A stretch of DNA of 36,368 nt from Octopus bimaculoides (Eukaryota): contig NC_068983.1 in assembly GCF_001194135.2 (NCBI RefSeq), positions 75,484,730 through 75,521,097 on the forward strand. Direction: 5' to 3'. The notes under the pieces are model-generated. The model was not told the DNA's origin and made no database searches. It saw only the letters and a list, made by a program, of their open reading frames with translations. Shown piece after piece: positions 1 through 9,920 of this stretch (its first letter is position 1; the number at the start of each line of letters is the position of its first letter). The translations under genes and the position numbers were made by a program.

Positions 1-294
1 CGAGATCGTTGCCAGTGCCCCTGGACTGGCTTGTGCGGGTGGCACATAAAAGACACCATTTCGAGCGTGGCCGTTGCCAGTATCGCCTGACTGGCCTTCG
101 TGCAGGTGACACGTAAAGCACCTACTACACTCTCTGAGTGGTTGGCGTTAGGAAGGGCATCCAGCTGTAGAAACTCTGCCAAATTTAGATTGGAGCCTGG
201 TGTTGCCATCCGTTTTCACCAGTCCTCAGTCAAATCGTCCAACCCATGCCAGCATGGAAAGCGGATGTTAAACGATGATGATGATGATGATGAT
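1..294 (+). mobile_element. Family C retroposon with RTE-type tail, cut off by the window start
   Basis: Tail aggaagggcatccagctgtagaaac...tccaacccatgccagcatggaaagcggatgttaaac followed by (GAT)n. Clear homologue at 30124-30440 and a shared tail at 8490-8670. Confidence 0.85.
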
Positions 295-304
295 ATATAT
301 AGTG

Positions 305-450
305 AGAATTTACTAAAAAACAAAAGACAAAGATGGGTGTATAAACAACAAACAGATGTACTAGTTTAACACTCGGGAAGTGAGAAAGTCTTTTACATTT
401 CGAGCTGGCACTCTTCGACAGAAAGGAACACAGAATTAAACAGGGAGAGT
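305..450 (-). mobile_element. Penelope-like terminal fragment carrying a hammerhead-like motif
   Basis: Minus strand 390-425 folds as CUUU-CUGUCGA-A-GAG(UGCCAG)CUC-GAAA-UG-UA-AAAG. The Penelope assignment is inferred from this motif only. Confidence 0.45.
390..425 (-). ncRNA. Degenerate minimal type I hammerhead ribozyme motif
   Basis: Stem I CUUU/AAAG, stem II GAG/CUC, GAAA, GUA triplet. The core is CUGUCGA instead of CUGANGA. Confidence 0.4.
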
Positions 451-893
451 ATATATATATATGTATATATAATACCAATGATATATGAGCATATGCATGT
501 ATACATACATATATGTACATACCTACATCTACATGTATATATAGATGCATATCCGGGTACAGGATGTCAGACAAATAAACGGGAACAAAAAGCACAAAAA
601 CGGACTCTGTTTACGGACAACAGAACGAACACACAGGAAAACAAACAAGCCACCTATGGAATTTTTCCTTCATCACCTGCCTCTATTCTAAACTAGGCGT
701 TTTGAAGATGAGGCAGAATACGCTCTTAGAATAGCTCTTCCTGAGTAGTGGATTAACCCACTAAACAGAGGAGTCCAAGGTAGCAAACACAAACCAGGAC
801 AGGAAAAATTAGACAGTGAAAACAACATTAAAGGCCGTAGGGCCAAACGCGATGAGATATTGAATGCTGTGATATGACGAAGTTGAACGGAGA

Positions 894-1127
894 GATAGTA
901 ATTTCGTCTAGCCTTTATGCTGGCTGGGGTGAGAAAGGAAGAAGTAACCACAGGTCACGTGTGATCAACGAGGAGTGGTATATATATTGTCGTCATCATC
1001 ACCGTTTTATCGTGTGTCCAATAATTTATTTGGTTTCTTCTTGACCACTTCTTCCCCTCTGTCCGTGTTTATGCCTCTGATAACTAATGAGGTTGATTCT
1101 TGCTTGGAAGTGTCTGTTGCAAAGTTC
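894..1127. repeat. Segment A, with an inverted copy at 2603-2836
   Basis: 234 bp, reverse-complement identical apart from one CpG-type change. Confidence 0.95.
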
Positions 1128-1190
1128 ACGAGGGATATGTGGTGGAGGCTTTGGTTGTTGCAGCCTCCATTTTCTTTCTTGTGTATATAT
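989..1190 (-). mobile_element. 3' end of an RTE-clade LINE with a C-terminal zinc-finger remnant
   Basis: Translates to ...ELCNRHFQARINLISYQRHKH, resembling the RTE C2H2-like C-terminus CxxCxRxFxARIGLISHxRxH. Ends in a gatgatgacgac tail. Confidence 0.6.
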
Positions 1191-1236
1191 ATATGGGGCT
1201 ATAAACATCAGTAGCATTGTCCTGTATAGGATGCCA

Positions 1237-1351
1237 CACTTAGTTGGCAAATATATGTTACGACCCCCTCCTACTGCTACTGTTTATATCTCACTCAGAG
1301 ATTTAATATAATATTCTCTCTCTTCTACAAAACTGAAGCAAATAATGAGAA
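1237..1351. repeat. Segment C, with a direct copy at 2491-2605
   Basis: 115 bp, identical in both copies. Confidence 0.95.
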
Positions 1352-1607
1352 GGGAGATGGAGGGGTAGATAGAGACAAAGTGAAACGAAAACTGGGAGAG
1401 AGAAAGAGAGAAAGAGAGAAAGAGAAAAAAGATTAAGAGTAATGAAGTAAAACATTGGATATGATTATAATCTAGGGATTATAATCAGCGACAATTTGGA
1501 GATTGTGAATGCAGCACCCTAACCACTAGGCCACATGACTTCACATGTAGTTTATTAATTAAGAGATTGATAATCCACATGCCACAGGTCAGCTGGCCTG
1601 AGGCCGC

Positions 1608-1727
1608 ATAATAGCAACAGTAACAACAACAGCAGTAGTAGCAGTAGTAGCAGTAGTAGCAACAACAACAGCAATAGTAACAACAGCAACAATAACAACA
1701 ACAGCAGCTGCAGCAACAGCAACAGTA
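1608..1727. repeat. Compound (CAA/CAG/TAG)n trinucleotide repeat
   Basis: Direct reading; it explains the poly-Cys ORF at 1485..1772. Confidence 0.9.
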
Positions 1728-1929
1728 ACTCTTCATGGACATATCAAACATAAGACTAATTAAATAAACCATCTCTCACCAACACAATAAGTTTTAATTA
1801 TCTGTTGCTCTGTTCTCTTCTCTTTTTTTCTTTGCTATTGAACTATGAAACCTCAGTAAAGATTATTAATTATATATACAATGCAGTCAACATAGTAATT
1901 CCAGCAACCAAATTCCACTCACAATGCAT

Positions 1930-2030
1930 TGGTTAACTCAACACTGAGGCTCTGCACTTATCCAAGGTGTCATAGAGGGAGAGTGAATCCAGAATCATGC
2001 AGTTGTGAAGCAAGCTTTTTAACAACACTT
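1930..2030 (-). mobile_element. Degenerate family A SINE head
   Basis: Reverse complement resembles the family A head and the ccttgg...aagtg segment. Confidence 0.5.
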
Positions 2031-2246
2031 ATTCTTATATGTACCGCTTCTGCAATAGACTCCTTTCTTTTGAATCACTGGATATATAGTTGCTTCATCT
2101 GAATGCATCTAGTTACATCCAGTTTTTCTCTTCTTTTCAACATTATCACCCCACATACTTTCTTTGCCCACTAAAACCTCATTCTAAATGCTTTACCAAC
2201 GTCCTTCTTTTGCAGAATAAAATGAATCCTGATGTAGTCATGTCAT

Positions 2247-2490
2247 TCCTTCTTCTTTCTTTCTTGCCTTTAACCCTCCAGTGCGGAGTATAGGCCACTT
2301 ATAATTGAATTCCATGTCGCATAATTTTTCGCTTCTGTACTTATACTCTGCCATGAATGTCCCCTTTTCTCTAGTTCCTTTTGTGTTGATCTACGCCACG
2401 AGTTCTTAGGCCTACCCCTCTTTCTATATCCATCCGGATTCCACTGTAAAGCACTTTTTGCTACATTTGGTGTGTCCTTTCTAATTGTAC
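2247..2490 (-). mobile_element. 5'-truncated RTE-clade LINE 3' end, probably young
   Basis: Uninterrupted GTIRKDTPNVAKSALQWNPDGYRKRGRPKNSWRRSTQKELEKRGHSWQSISTEAKNYATWNSIISGLYSALEG* with the typical RTE WxPxGxRxRGRP motif. Stop at 2270-2272, (AAG)-rich tail, CpGs retained. Confidence 0.85.
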
Positions 2491-2974
2491 CACTTAGTTG
2501 GCAAATATATGTTACGACCCCCTCCTACTGCTACTGTTTATATCTCACTCAGAGATTTAATATAATATTCTCTCTCTTCTACAAAACTGAAGCAAATAAT
2601 GAGAACTTTGCAACAGACACTTCCAAGCAAGAATCAACCTCATTAGTTATCAGAGGCATAAACACGGACAGAGGGGAAGAAGTGGTCAAGAAGAAACCAA
2701 ATAAATTATTGGACACACAATAAAACGGTGATGATGACGACAATATATATACCACTCCTCGTTGATCACACGTGACCTGTGGTTACTTCTTCCTTTCTCA
2801 CCCCAGCCAGCATAAAGGCTAGACGAAATTACTATCACTTCCACTTTTTCTTAAAATATTTGCTCCCTAATCAAAACATGTCCTTACTACTGAACCAAAT
2901 ATCTTACAATAATTCAATTGTTTCAAAATTCAGCACAAGGTTAGTTATTTTGTGGGAGGATATAATAGTTGATT

Positions 2975-3330
2975 ACATCATCCCTAGTACTTGAGTGGTT
3001 CTTTATTTTATCAATCCTGGATGGACGAAAGGTAAAATTGGACCATGGCAGTATTTGAACCTATGATGTAAAGAGTCAGAAGTGATACTAAACATTTTGT
3101 CCAGCACAGTAATGATTCTGCTAGCTTTCCACCTTTTATAATTAGCTTCAAATTTTGGCTCATGGCCAGAAATTTTTAGGGGAAGGGTATAAGCCAATTA
3201 TATTATTGACCGTGAAAAGATGAAAGGTAAGGTTGATCTTAGTGGCATTTGAACTCATTTTGTAAAGGGTTGGAAGGAAACCCACTAAACATTTTGTCCA
3301 GCACCCTAATGATTCTGCAGCCTCACTGCC
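2975..3330 (-). mobile_element. Two tandem partial family B SINEs
   Basis: Both contain the ttgaac/ctcatt...aaacattttgtccagcac...tgattct pattern seen in the other family B copies. Confidence 0.7.
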
Positions 3331-3376
3331 CTCATATATCTCATTACATGGAAAAATGCGAACAAGAGAAATAATA

Positions 3377-3762
3377 GTAAAGATTGCTTGCCAACATAAC
3401 ATGGCAGTCCTGATTTAGGATGAATGTTGCTATAATTTAGCCCCAGGAGACATCGTCTCCAGCTGGCTATACGATACAATCTGTGTCATTATATTTTCGA
3501 ACAAGGGAATCTAGCATGCCCACTCAGCTCAAAACAATATCTGTGTATCACAATTTACAGGTTATTTCCCTTCATCACCTGGAAATCGCAATACACAGAT
3601 ATTGTTTTGAGCTGAGTGGGCGTGCTAGATTCCCTTGTTTGAAAATATAAGGACACAGATCATGTCGTATAGCCAGCTGGAGACGATATCTCCTTGGACT
3701 AAATTACAGCAACATTCGTCCTAAACCAGGACTGCCATGTTATGTTGGCAAGCAATCTTTAC
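3377..3762. mobile_element. Foldback MITE with about 175-bp inverted arms, flanked by TA
   Basis: GTAAAGATTGCTTGCCAACATAACATGGCAGTCCT ... AGGACTGCCATGTTATGTTGGCAAGCAATCTTTAC. Arms about 3377-3552 and 3589-3762; TA at 3375-3376 and 3763-3764. Confidence 0.85.
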
Positions 3763-3848
3763 TACAAAATACTGTTGCTGAATATCTCTCGTTGTGAGAT
3801 TTAAAAATAGTAATTCCCAAGAGAAATAATATTCTTAAGATTATAAAC

Positions 3849-3930
3849 CTTGGAAAGTACTGGACAAGTTATTACACTTGGAAAAGTTCAGGACAAGTTA
3901 TTACATCTGGTAAAGTACAGAACAAGAAAT
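3849..3930. repeat. About 28-bp tandem repeat, three copies
   Basis: Units of type cttggaaagtactggacaagttattaca. Confidence 0.75.
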
Positions 3931-4085
3931 TTTTTACTTAAAATATTGCAGTTAAGGATAAAATTTCAAATAAAATATTTAAATTTAGAAAATATTAGCT
4001 TTTATTAAAACTAAAAATGTTATTACAAGTTATTACTTGTTACTTCTATTGAAAAAAAAAAATAAGTATTAAAATATTTTTTGCA

Positions 4086-4147
4086 CTTTGAAACCATGAC
4101 CTGTTCACTGACAAAATTTTGTCAGTGAACAGGTTGTGGTTTCAAAG
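4086..4147. repeat. Loopless 62-bp palindrome
   Basis: ctttgaaaccatgacctgttcactgacaaaa|ttttgtcagtgaacaggttgtggtttcaaag, two mismatches. Confidence 0.9.
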
Positions 4148-4616
4148 CATCGAAAATATTTTGACAAATTAAATAAAAAAGTTAATTATACTTAAATCCA
4201 ATTTTTTGCCTTACTTAAATTTTTTTCATGATGTTCTACCTCACGACGTTTTTGATACAAATTTTTGTTGCATGGCACCAAAACTATGAAATTCTTCATG
4301 CTTTCTTCTATCATTGAAGTTAAGATAAATATATTTTGCTTTTAAAATAAAAAAGTTATTTAGATTTAAACTTGATTGGAGGTTTTACTTATTCTCCTAT
4401 AACGTTTCTACAAATTTTGACGTAAACTTTTTTCTACTGGACCAAATCTCAAATTTTTATGCTAAAATACAGCTAGAGACCAGCTCTCTTCAAAAATGTT
4501 TACAGTTTTCAATTTGGTTAAGAACTGAATTAGCAACAAAGCTCTGAAGATGCTGCATGCGAGTAAAATGCGTCCTTAAGAATACTATTCAACTACTACA
4601 GTAGTTGAATGATAAT

Positions 4617-4830
4617 GGTTTCAAATTTTGGCACAAGGCCAGCAAGTTTGGGGCTGGGGGCTAGTCGATTACATTGGTCCCAGTACTCAACTAGTATTTA
4701 TTTTATCAATCCTGAAAGGATGAAAGACAAAGTTGACCTTGTCAGAATTTGCACAGAGAATGTAAAGATAAACAAAATGCTGCTAAGAATTTTGCCTGAT
4801 GTGCTAATGATTTTGTTAGCTCACTGCCTT
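4617..4830 (-). mobile_element. Family B tRNA-derived SINE
   Basis: Reverse complement of the 29846-30061 consensus, from ggcagtgagct to ccttgtgccaaaatttgaaacc. Confidence 0.85.
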
Positions 4831-4892
4831 ATTCTCATAATAATCCAATGTAAACGTTTACTAATCTCCCGAATTCTAGTTGTTCCTGGTCC

Positions 4893-4907
4893 TCAGTTTA
4901 AGCGAAC
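4893..4907 (-). CDS. Candidate alternative or terminal exon F (VRLN*), or a 3' UTR exon
   Basis: Strong acceptor ttgtgtctgcttttcccag|G in unique sequence; frame 0 gives GTT CGC TTA AAC TGA. Too short to verify by composition. Confidence 0.25.
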   Translation of the reverse strand, partial: VRLN

Positions 4908-5199
4908 CTGGGAAAAGCAGACACAAGCATGCATAAATACATACATTTCTTCAGAACAAGAAGATACTAATAATTAACCCTCTACAAAACTCAGGTAAGA
5001 CCCAAAATAGAATATTACTTTCACATCTGATAACATCTAAAAAATAGTCATCTGATTGACTGGTATGAAGTTATTTACCAATATATCCTGATTTCTGGAC
5101 CACAGGTGTCATGTCTCCTTTCTTTGCTTTTTTCCACATCTACCACAGTGGCTTCTGCTCCTTAGTCTGGTTGGTTTCTTGTCACCTTAACTCAGGCAC

Positions 5200-5400
5200 T
5201 TGTGATTCACACATCGCTCTCCTATTTATCAACCATATCATGTCCAAAAGCCCATCTGAAGCCCTGCACTAAAGATTATGCCCAGGTTTTCCTTCAGAGG
5301 GTGTTGGCCCTTTGGAATCTCTTCTCAGCTTGTTTTCTTGCATCAATTTACAACCATTCAAGAGGAACATATTCTATGTTGTTCTCACTGACCCCAGAGG
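5200..5400 (+). mobile_element. L2/CR1-group LINE 3' remnant
   Basis: Frameshifted VFLQRVLALWNL...INLQPFKRNI, matching the SFFPRTxxLWNSLP...YNLQxFKxxIN C-terminus of L2-type ORF2. Confidence 0.55.
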
Positions 5401-5472
5401 TTTTGTGAAAGCTATGGATATAGTCCCTTTCCCCAGACCAAACCAAATAAAAAATATGTACATAGTAAACAT

Positions 5473-5475
<3 letters not shown>

Positions 5476-5521
<46 letters not shown>

Positions 5522-5955
5522 CACTATATCTAGATGCATTAGCCATCTCACAAAAGTCATGTCACTATCTATATACATTTTCTATTCATGTCATTATTCA
5601 ATATCAAATAATGTCAAATAATTGTGAAACTCCACCATCTTTTCAAGCCACACCACTTAACAATGGTGTAATAAATCCTGATTGATTTCAGGTAGTATTT
5701 ACCAAACTCTCAACTTAAGGCTTCCTTGCTAAACAGATTAGTGCACCAACCAGTTTCAGTAAGAGAACAATAGAGAATACTGGCTTGAATAAATAAATAT
5801 GCAGGTATAGAAACTTTAGATATGTGGGCTAGATATGTATGTGTATGTGCACGTGTGTGTGTGTGTGTATGTGTGTGCGTGCATGTGTATGTATGGATGT
5901 GTTCCGATATGAAAATGTATTGACACAACCTTCATATGTTAGTTCTAAAAAAGGA

Positions 5956-6017
<62 letters not shown>

Positions 6018-6345
6018 TATATAAATACATACATACATACATACATACATGCATACACACACACACACACACACATATATATANNNNNNNNNNNNNNNNN
6101 NNNNNNNNNNNNNNNNNNNNNNNNNNNNNNNNNNNNNNNNNNNNNNNNNNNNNNNNNNNNNNNNNNNNNNNNNNNNNNNNNNNNNNNNNNNNNNNNNNNN
6201 NNNNNNNNNNNNNNNNNNNNNNNNNNNNNNNNNNNNNNNNNNNNNNNNNNNNNNNNNNNNNNNNNNNNNNNNNNNNNNNNNNNNNNNNNNNNNNNNNNNN
6301 NNNNNNTATATATATATATATATATATGTTTATATATATATATAG
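5476..6345. repeat. (CA)n, (TATG)n and (TA)n microsatellite blocks with an N gap at 6084-6307
   Basis: Direct reading; includes unique sequence at about 5525-5830. Confidence 0.85.
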
Positions 6346-6837
6346 GGGAAAATTCACCAAAAGAATGATGACTTGATTGTCAGTTTGAAAGCATTTTTAT
6401 TTATTTATATTCTTAAATTATTAATCTGTGAAAGAAAGTCAGATGCCTTTTGTCCCAAGAGAAATAAGTATTCTTTCCTAGATATAAGCACTGTAGTGTA
6501 TTAGTAATGTATCTATGTTTTTGTGAGTGGTTAGACCTGTATTTGCAGAAGTTGCAGAAGTTAATAACAGGGCTGTATCAATAATTGATGAACAAGTTTA
6601 TCAGTTGAAATTGCATAAAGCAAGCAGATTCAGCAATTGCTAATCAGGGGACAAAGATTGTAGACAGTTGTTTAAACCCATATCACCCTTGGTAAGGCAA
6701 ATCTATGTCACATTCATAACTATCCAATCTTTTCACACAGGGTTTTCCTCACATTATATTATTCTGTCATTCCATTTTTGTTTCTTAAAGATGGAAGGGT
6801 GTGATTTGAGAGGGATTTGGTTACTTTTTCCATCTGA

Positions 6838-6948
6838 TGCACCCCAATAATTACAGATATAAACCTGAACTTGTAATCTGGGTAGAGTAACAATAGATTT
6901 CTCAATAGTTCAGCATAGGTATTTTCTTTGTCACTAATTTTCAGCTTT
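6838..6948 (-). mobile_element. Restriction-like-endonuclease (RLE) LINE C-terminal fragment, third family
   Basis: KLKISDKENTYAELLRNLLLLYPDYKFRFISVIIG resembles the EKxxKY...PxIIGALG C-terminus of RLE LINEs. Abuts (TATG)n at about 6948-7025. Confidence 0.55.
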
Positions 6949-7039
6949 ATGTATGTATGTATGTATGTATGTATGTATGTATGTATGTATGTATGTATGT
7001 GTATGTATGTATGCATGTATATGCGTATGCATTCATGTG

Positions 7040-7255
7040 TGCAAATCCTTGTGTTCACATCTCACTGCTTGACAACTAATGTTGGTTTGCTTACATTCCC
7101 TTAACTCAGCCGTGCAGAAAAAAGGGCTGTTAGTGTAAGGACCTTATTTAAAAAAAAATCATTATGAGGTTGATTTTTATTGACTAAACTCTTAGGAGCA
7201 GGGTGTCAGAAATGACTGCAGTTCAATGACTGAAACTGGTACAAGAGAAAAAGAG
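7040..7255 (+). mobile_element. 3' half of a family A SINE
   Basis: tcactgcttgacaac...gttggt...aatgactgaaac...aaaagag. Confidence 0.7.
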
Positions 7256-7448
7256 CAAGTGAGCCTTGAGAGTAACTAACATTCAAGTAGACACTCTGAA
7301 GTGCTGCATTGCATGAAGACTACAGTAGAACAACAGGCAGACATCATAGAGGCAGCAAGCTAACAACTGAATGGAATTTCCATAACAATTAAAACCCACC
7401 AACAACCTAAATAAAACGAGAGCTGACTTCTATTTGCAATTATTTTAC

Positions 7449-7544
7449 TTGTATCTGGTGTCATAATTGTTCTTTAATTTCACAGTTCTTTTTCTTTAAT
7501 TTCTGGTCTTTGTGCTTGCAGAATTCTTTAAATATCACCCCAAT
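7449..7544 (-). CDS. Candidate exon E carrying the stop codon (TGA at 7461-7463)
   Basis: Acceptor gcacttacag|ATT. Only frame 0 stays open: IGVIFKEFCKHKDQKLKKKNCEIKEQL*. A possible donor CAA|GTAAAA lies 12 nt after the stop. Phase is compatible with exon D. No transcript evidence. Confidence 0.45.
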
Positions 7545-8078
7545 CTGTAAGTGCATTGCTAAATATATGCAGTCACAATTTTTATGCAATTAACAAATGT
7601 CAAGTTATCACCATCATTATCCATCATTTAATGTCTGTTTTCATTATGCTGACATGGGGCTAGATGGTTTGACAGGATCCAAGAAGTTGGCGGACCATGC
7701 CAAACACTAATGTGTGATTTGGGGTGGTTTCTATTGCTAGATGTCCTTCCTAATTCCAACCACTTTATGGTATATATGCTGGGTCCTTTTTCTTGTGGCA
7801 CCAATACTAGTGAGGTCACTCATTAACTTGCAAGACTAAAGTAACTTAAATGAAAAACTCTGTATCTTGCTTGTTGGCTTGCTTCATGCTCTTGCTTGAT
7901 GGGACTGGGGTCATCCCAGGCTAGTAGTCCCAGAGATGTCATTGTGCATAGAGCCAACCAGGTCAATCAGTGCTCCCCATCGCTGGCAGTCCCATGTCTG
8001 CCCCTCTGCATTCTTAATCTTATATTTTTGTTCAGAAAATGATTTTATAAAAAAAAAAAAAACCAACCTTGAATATCA

Positions 8079-8385
8079 GGCCTCACGGAGGCAAAGTGGC
8101 TGAGTACCTTTTAAGTGTTGGGCCTGATGGAGGCAAAGTGACTGAGTTTCTTTTGAGCGTTGAGCCTCATGGAGGCAAAGTGGCTGAGTTCTTTTCAAGT
8201 TTTGGGCCTCATGGAGGCAAAGTGGCTGAGTTCCCTTTGAGATGGGCCTCATGGAGGAGAGATGGCTGAGTCCTCTTTGAGTGGGCCTCATGGAGGTGAG
8301 GTGGCTGAGTTCCTTTCTAGCATTGGGCCTCATGGAGGCAAAGTGGCTGAGCTTCTTTTGAGTGTTGGGCCTCACAGAGGCAATG
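8079..8385 (+). repeat. VNTR of about seven 39-42-bp units
   Basis: Units start at 8079, 8121, 8163, 8205, 8245, 8284, 8326 and (partial) 8368. Approximate consensus ggcctcatggaggcaaagtggctgagttccttttgagygttg. Confidence 0.95.
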
Positions 8386-8670
8386 ACCAAGACCTTTGGC
8401 ATTATGTAGTGCTTGAGAAGAAGACATATCAAACCGCGCAAAATCGCAATTGTGGCAGATACTGGTGTCATGCAAATGGCACCCGTGCTGGTGGCATGTA
8501 AAAGCACCCATTACACTCTTGGAATGGTTGGCATTAGGAAGGGCATCGAGCCGTAGAAAACCATGCTAAATCAGACTGGATCCTGACGCAGCCTTCCAGC
8601 ATGCCAGCCCAGTTAAACTGTTCAACCCATGCCAGCATGGGCAATGGACACTAAATGATGAGGATGATGG
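8386..8670 (+). mobile_element. Family C RTE-tailed retroposon body, fused to the VNTR
   Basis: ggtggcatgtaaaagcaccc...aggaagggcatc...aacccatgccagcatgg...gatgaggatgatg. Confidence 0.8.
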
Positions 8671-8679
8671 TTAACATAC

Positions 8680-9065
8680 CTTTTACCTTTTACCTTTTTA
8701 TTTGTTTCAGTCATTAAACCATGGCCATGCTGGGGCACTGCCTCGAATGATTTTGTCAAACAAATCAACCCCAACACTTATTTTTTTGAGCTTGGTATCT
8801 ATTTTGTTGTTCACTATTACTGAACTGCCAAGTTTCTGGGATGTAAACAAACCAGCACTGACTGTCAGGCAATGTTGGTNNNNNNNNNNNNNNNNNNNNN
8901 NNNNNNNNNNNNNNNNNNNNNNNNNNNNNNNNNNNNNNNNNNNNNNNNNNNNNNNNNNNNNNNNNNNNNNNNNNNNNNNNNNNNNNNNNNNNNNNNNNNN
9001 NNNNNNNNNNNNNNNNNNNNNNNNNNNNNNNNNNNNNNNNNNNNNNNNNNNNNNNNNNNNNNNNN

Positions 9066-9101
<36 letters not shown>

Positions 9102-9212
9102 GCCATTGATCAGCCCATTCTATAGCAAACAACACTTGCCCAAGGTGCTGCTCAGTGGGACTGAACTGGAAACCATCTGGTTGCAAAATGAGTTTCTTAA
9201 CCATGCAGCCAT
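8680..9212 (-). mobile_element. Family A SINE spanning an N gap (8880-9065)
   Basis: Head cacttgcccaaggtgc...gggactgaac...cttaaccatgcagcca and tail ttgtttcagtcatt...ccatgctggggcac. Confidence 0.8.
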
Positions 9213-9269
9213 ACCTTGTCAATTATACATTTGCAAATTTTTGTAGTTATCTTTTAACTTTTTTTTTAA

Positions 9270-9695
9270 TCTTTTACTTGTTTATTTTTAACTTGTGGCC
9301 ATGCTGGGGCACTTCTTTGAAGAATTTTAGTTGAACAAATCAGCCCTGGTGCTTCCTTATTTTTAGGCCTGGCACTAATTCTGTTAGTTCCTTTTTACTG
9401 AACTGCTAGGTTTTAGGAACATTAACACATCAACATCAGTTGTCAAGGAACAAACATAGGCACAAAGACATGCATACACACACACACACACACACACACA
9501 TGCACAAATACATACATGCACACACACATACACACACATATATAAATATGTGATGGGTTTCTTTCAGTTTCCATCTACCAGATTGACTCACAAGACTTTG
9601 GTCAAGCAAAGGCTACAGTGGAAGACCCTTGTCCAAGGCATCACACAATCACACAATAGAATTGAGCCCCTAACCATGTGGTTGGGAAACAAACT
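9270..9695 (-). mobile_element. Family A SINE
   Basis: ctttcagtttccatctacc...aaccatgtggttgggaa. Confidence 0.8.
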
Positions 9696-9702
9696 GCAAT
9701 TA

Positions 9703-9919
9703 TTGGTTTCAAATTTTGGCACAAGGTCAGCAATTTTGGAGGAGGGGAGTAAGTTGATTAAATTGATCCCAGTGCTCAACTGGTACTTATTTTATTGACC
9801 CTGAGAGGATGAAAAGCAAAGTTGACCTCAGCAGAATTTGAACTCTGAATTTAAAGACAGACCAAATGTTGTTAAGCACTTTGCCTAACATGCCAATGAT
9901 TCTGCCAGCTCCCTACCTT
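9703..9919 (-). mobile_element. Family B SINE
   Basis: ggtttcaaattttggcacaagg...tgattctgccagctc. Confidence 0.88.
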
Positions 9920-9920
9920 C

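Noticed and set aside
645-683. GUGAUGA-A-GGAA(AAA)UUCC on the minus strand, resembling a hammerhead
   Set aside because: C3 is G, no GAAA follows stem II, and there is no convincing stem I.
1485-1772. Poly-Cys or poly-Gln protein
   Set aside because: Translation of a trinucleotide microsatellite; no splice support.
3553-3588. GUGAUGAAGG motif in the foldback spacer as a ribozyme
   Set aside because: Stem II is only 2 bp and the GAAA and stem III are not correctly placed.
5698-5724. Possible 26-nt minus-strand micro-exon (tttag|CAAGG...TTTG|GTAAAT)
   Set aside because: It is frame-shifting and too short to distinguish from a chance pair of splice sites.
8079-8385. CRISPR-like appearance of the regular repeat
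   Set aside because: Units are contiguous with no unique spacers, and the context is eukaryotic with no cas genes.
8069-8511. Overlapping ORFs of 64-143 aa with repetitive peptides
   Set aside because: They arise from the 39- and 42-bp VNTR units (mostly multiples of 3); no splice or domain support.
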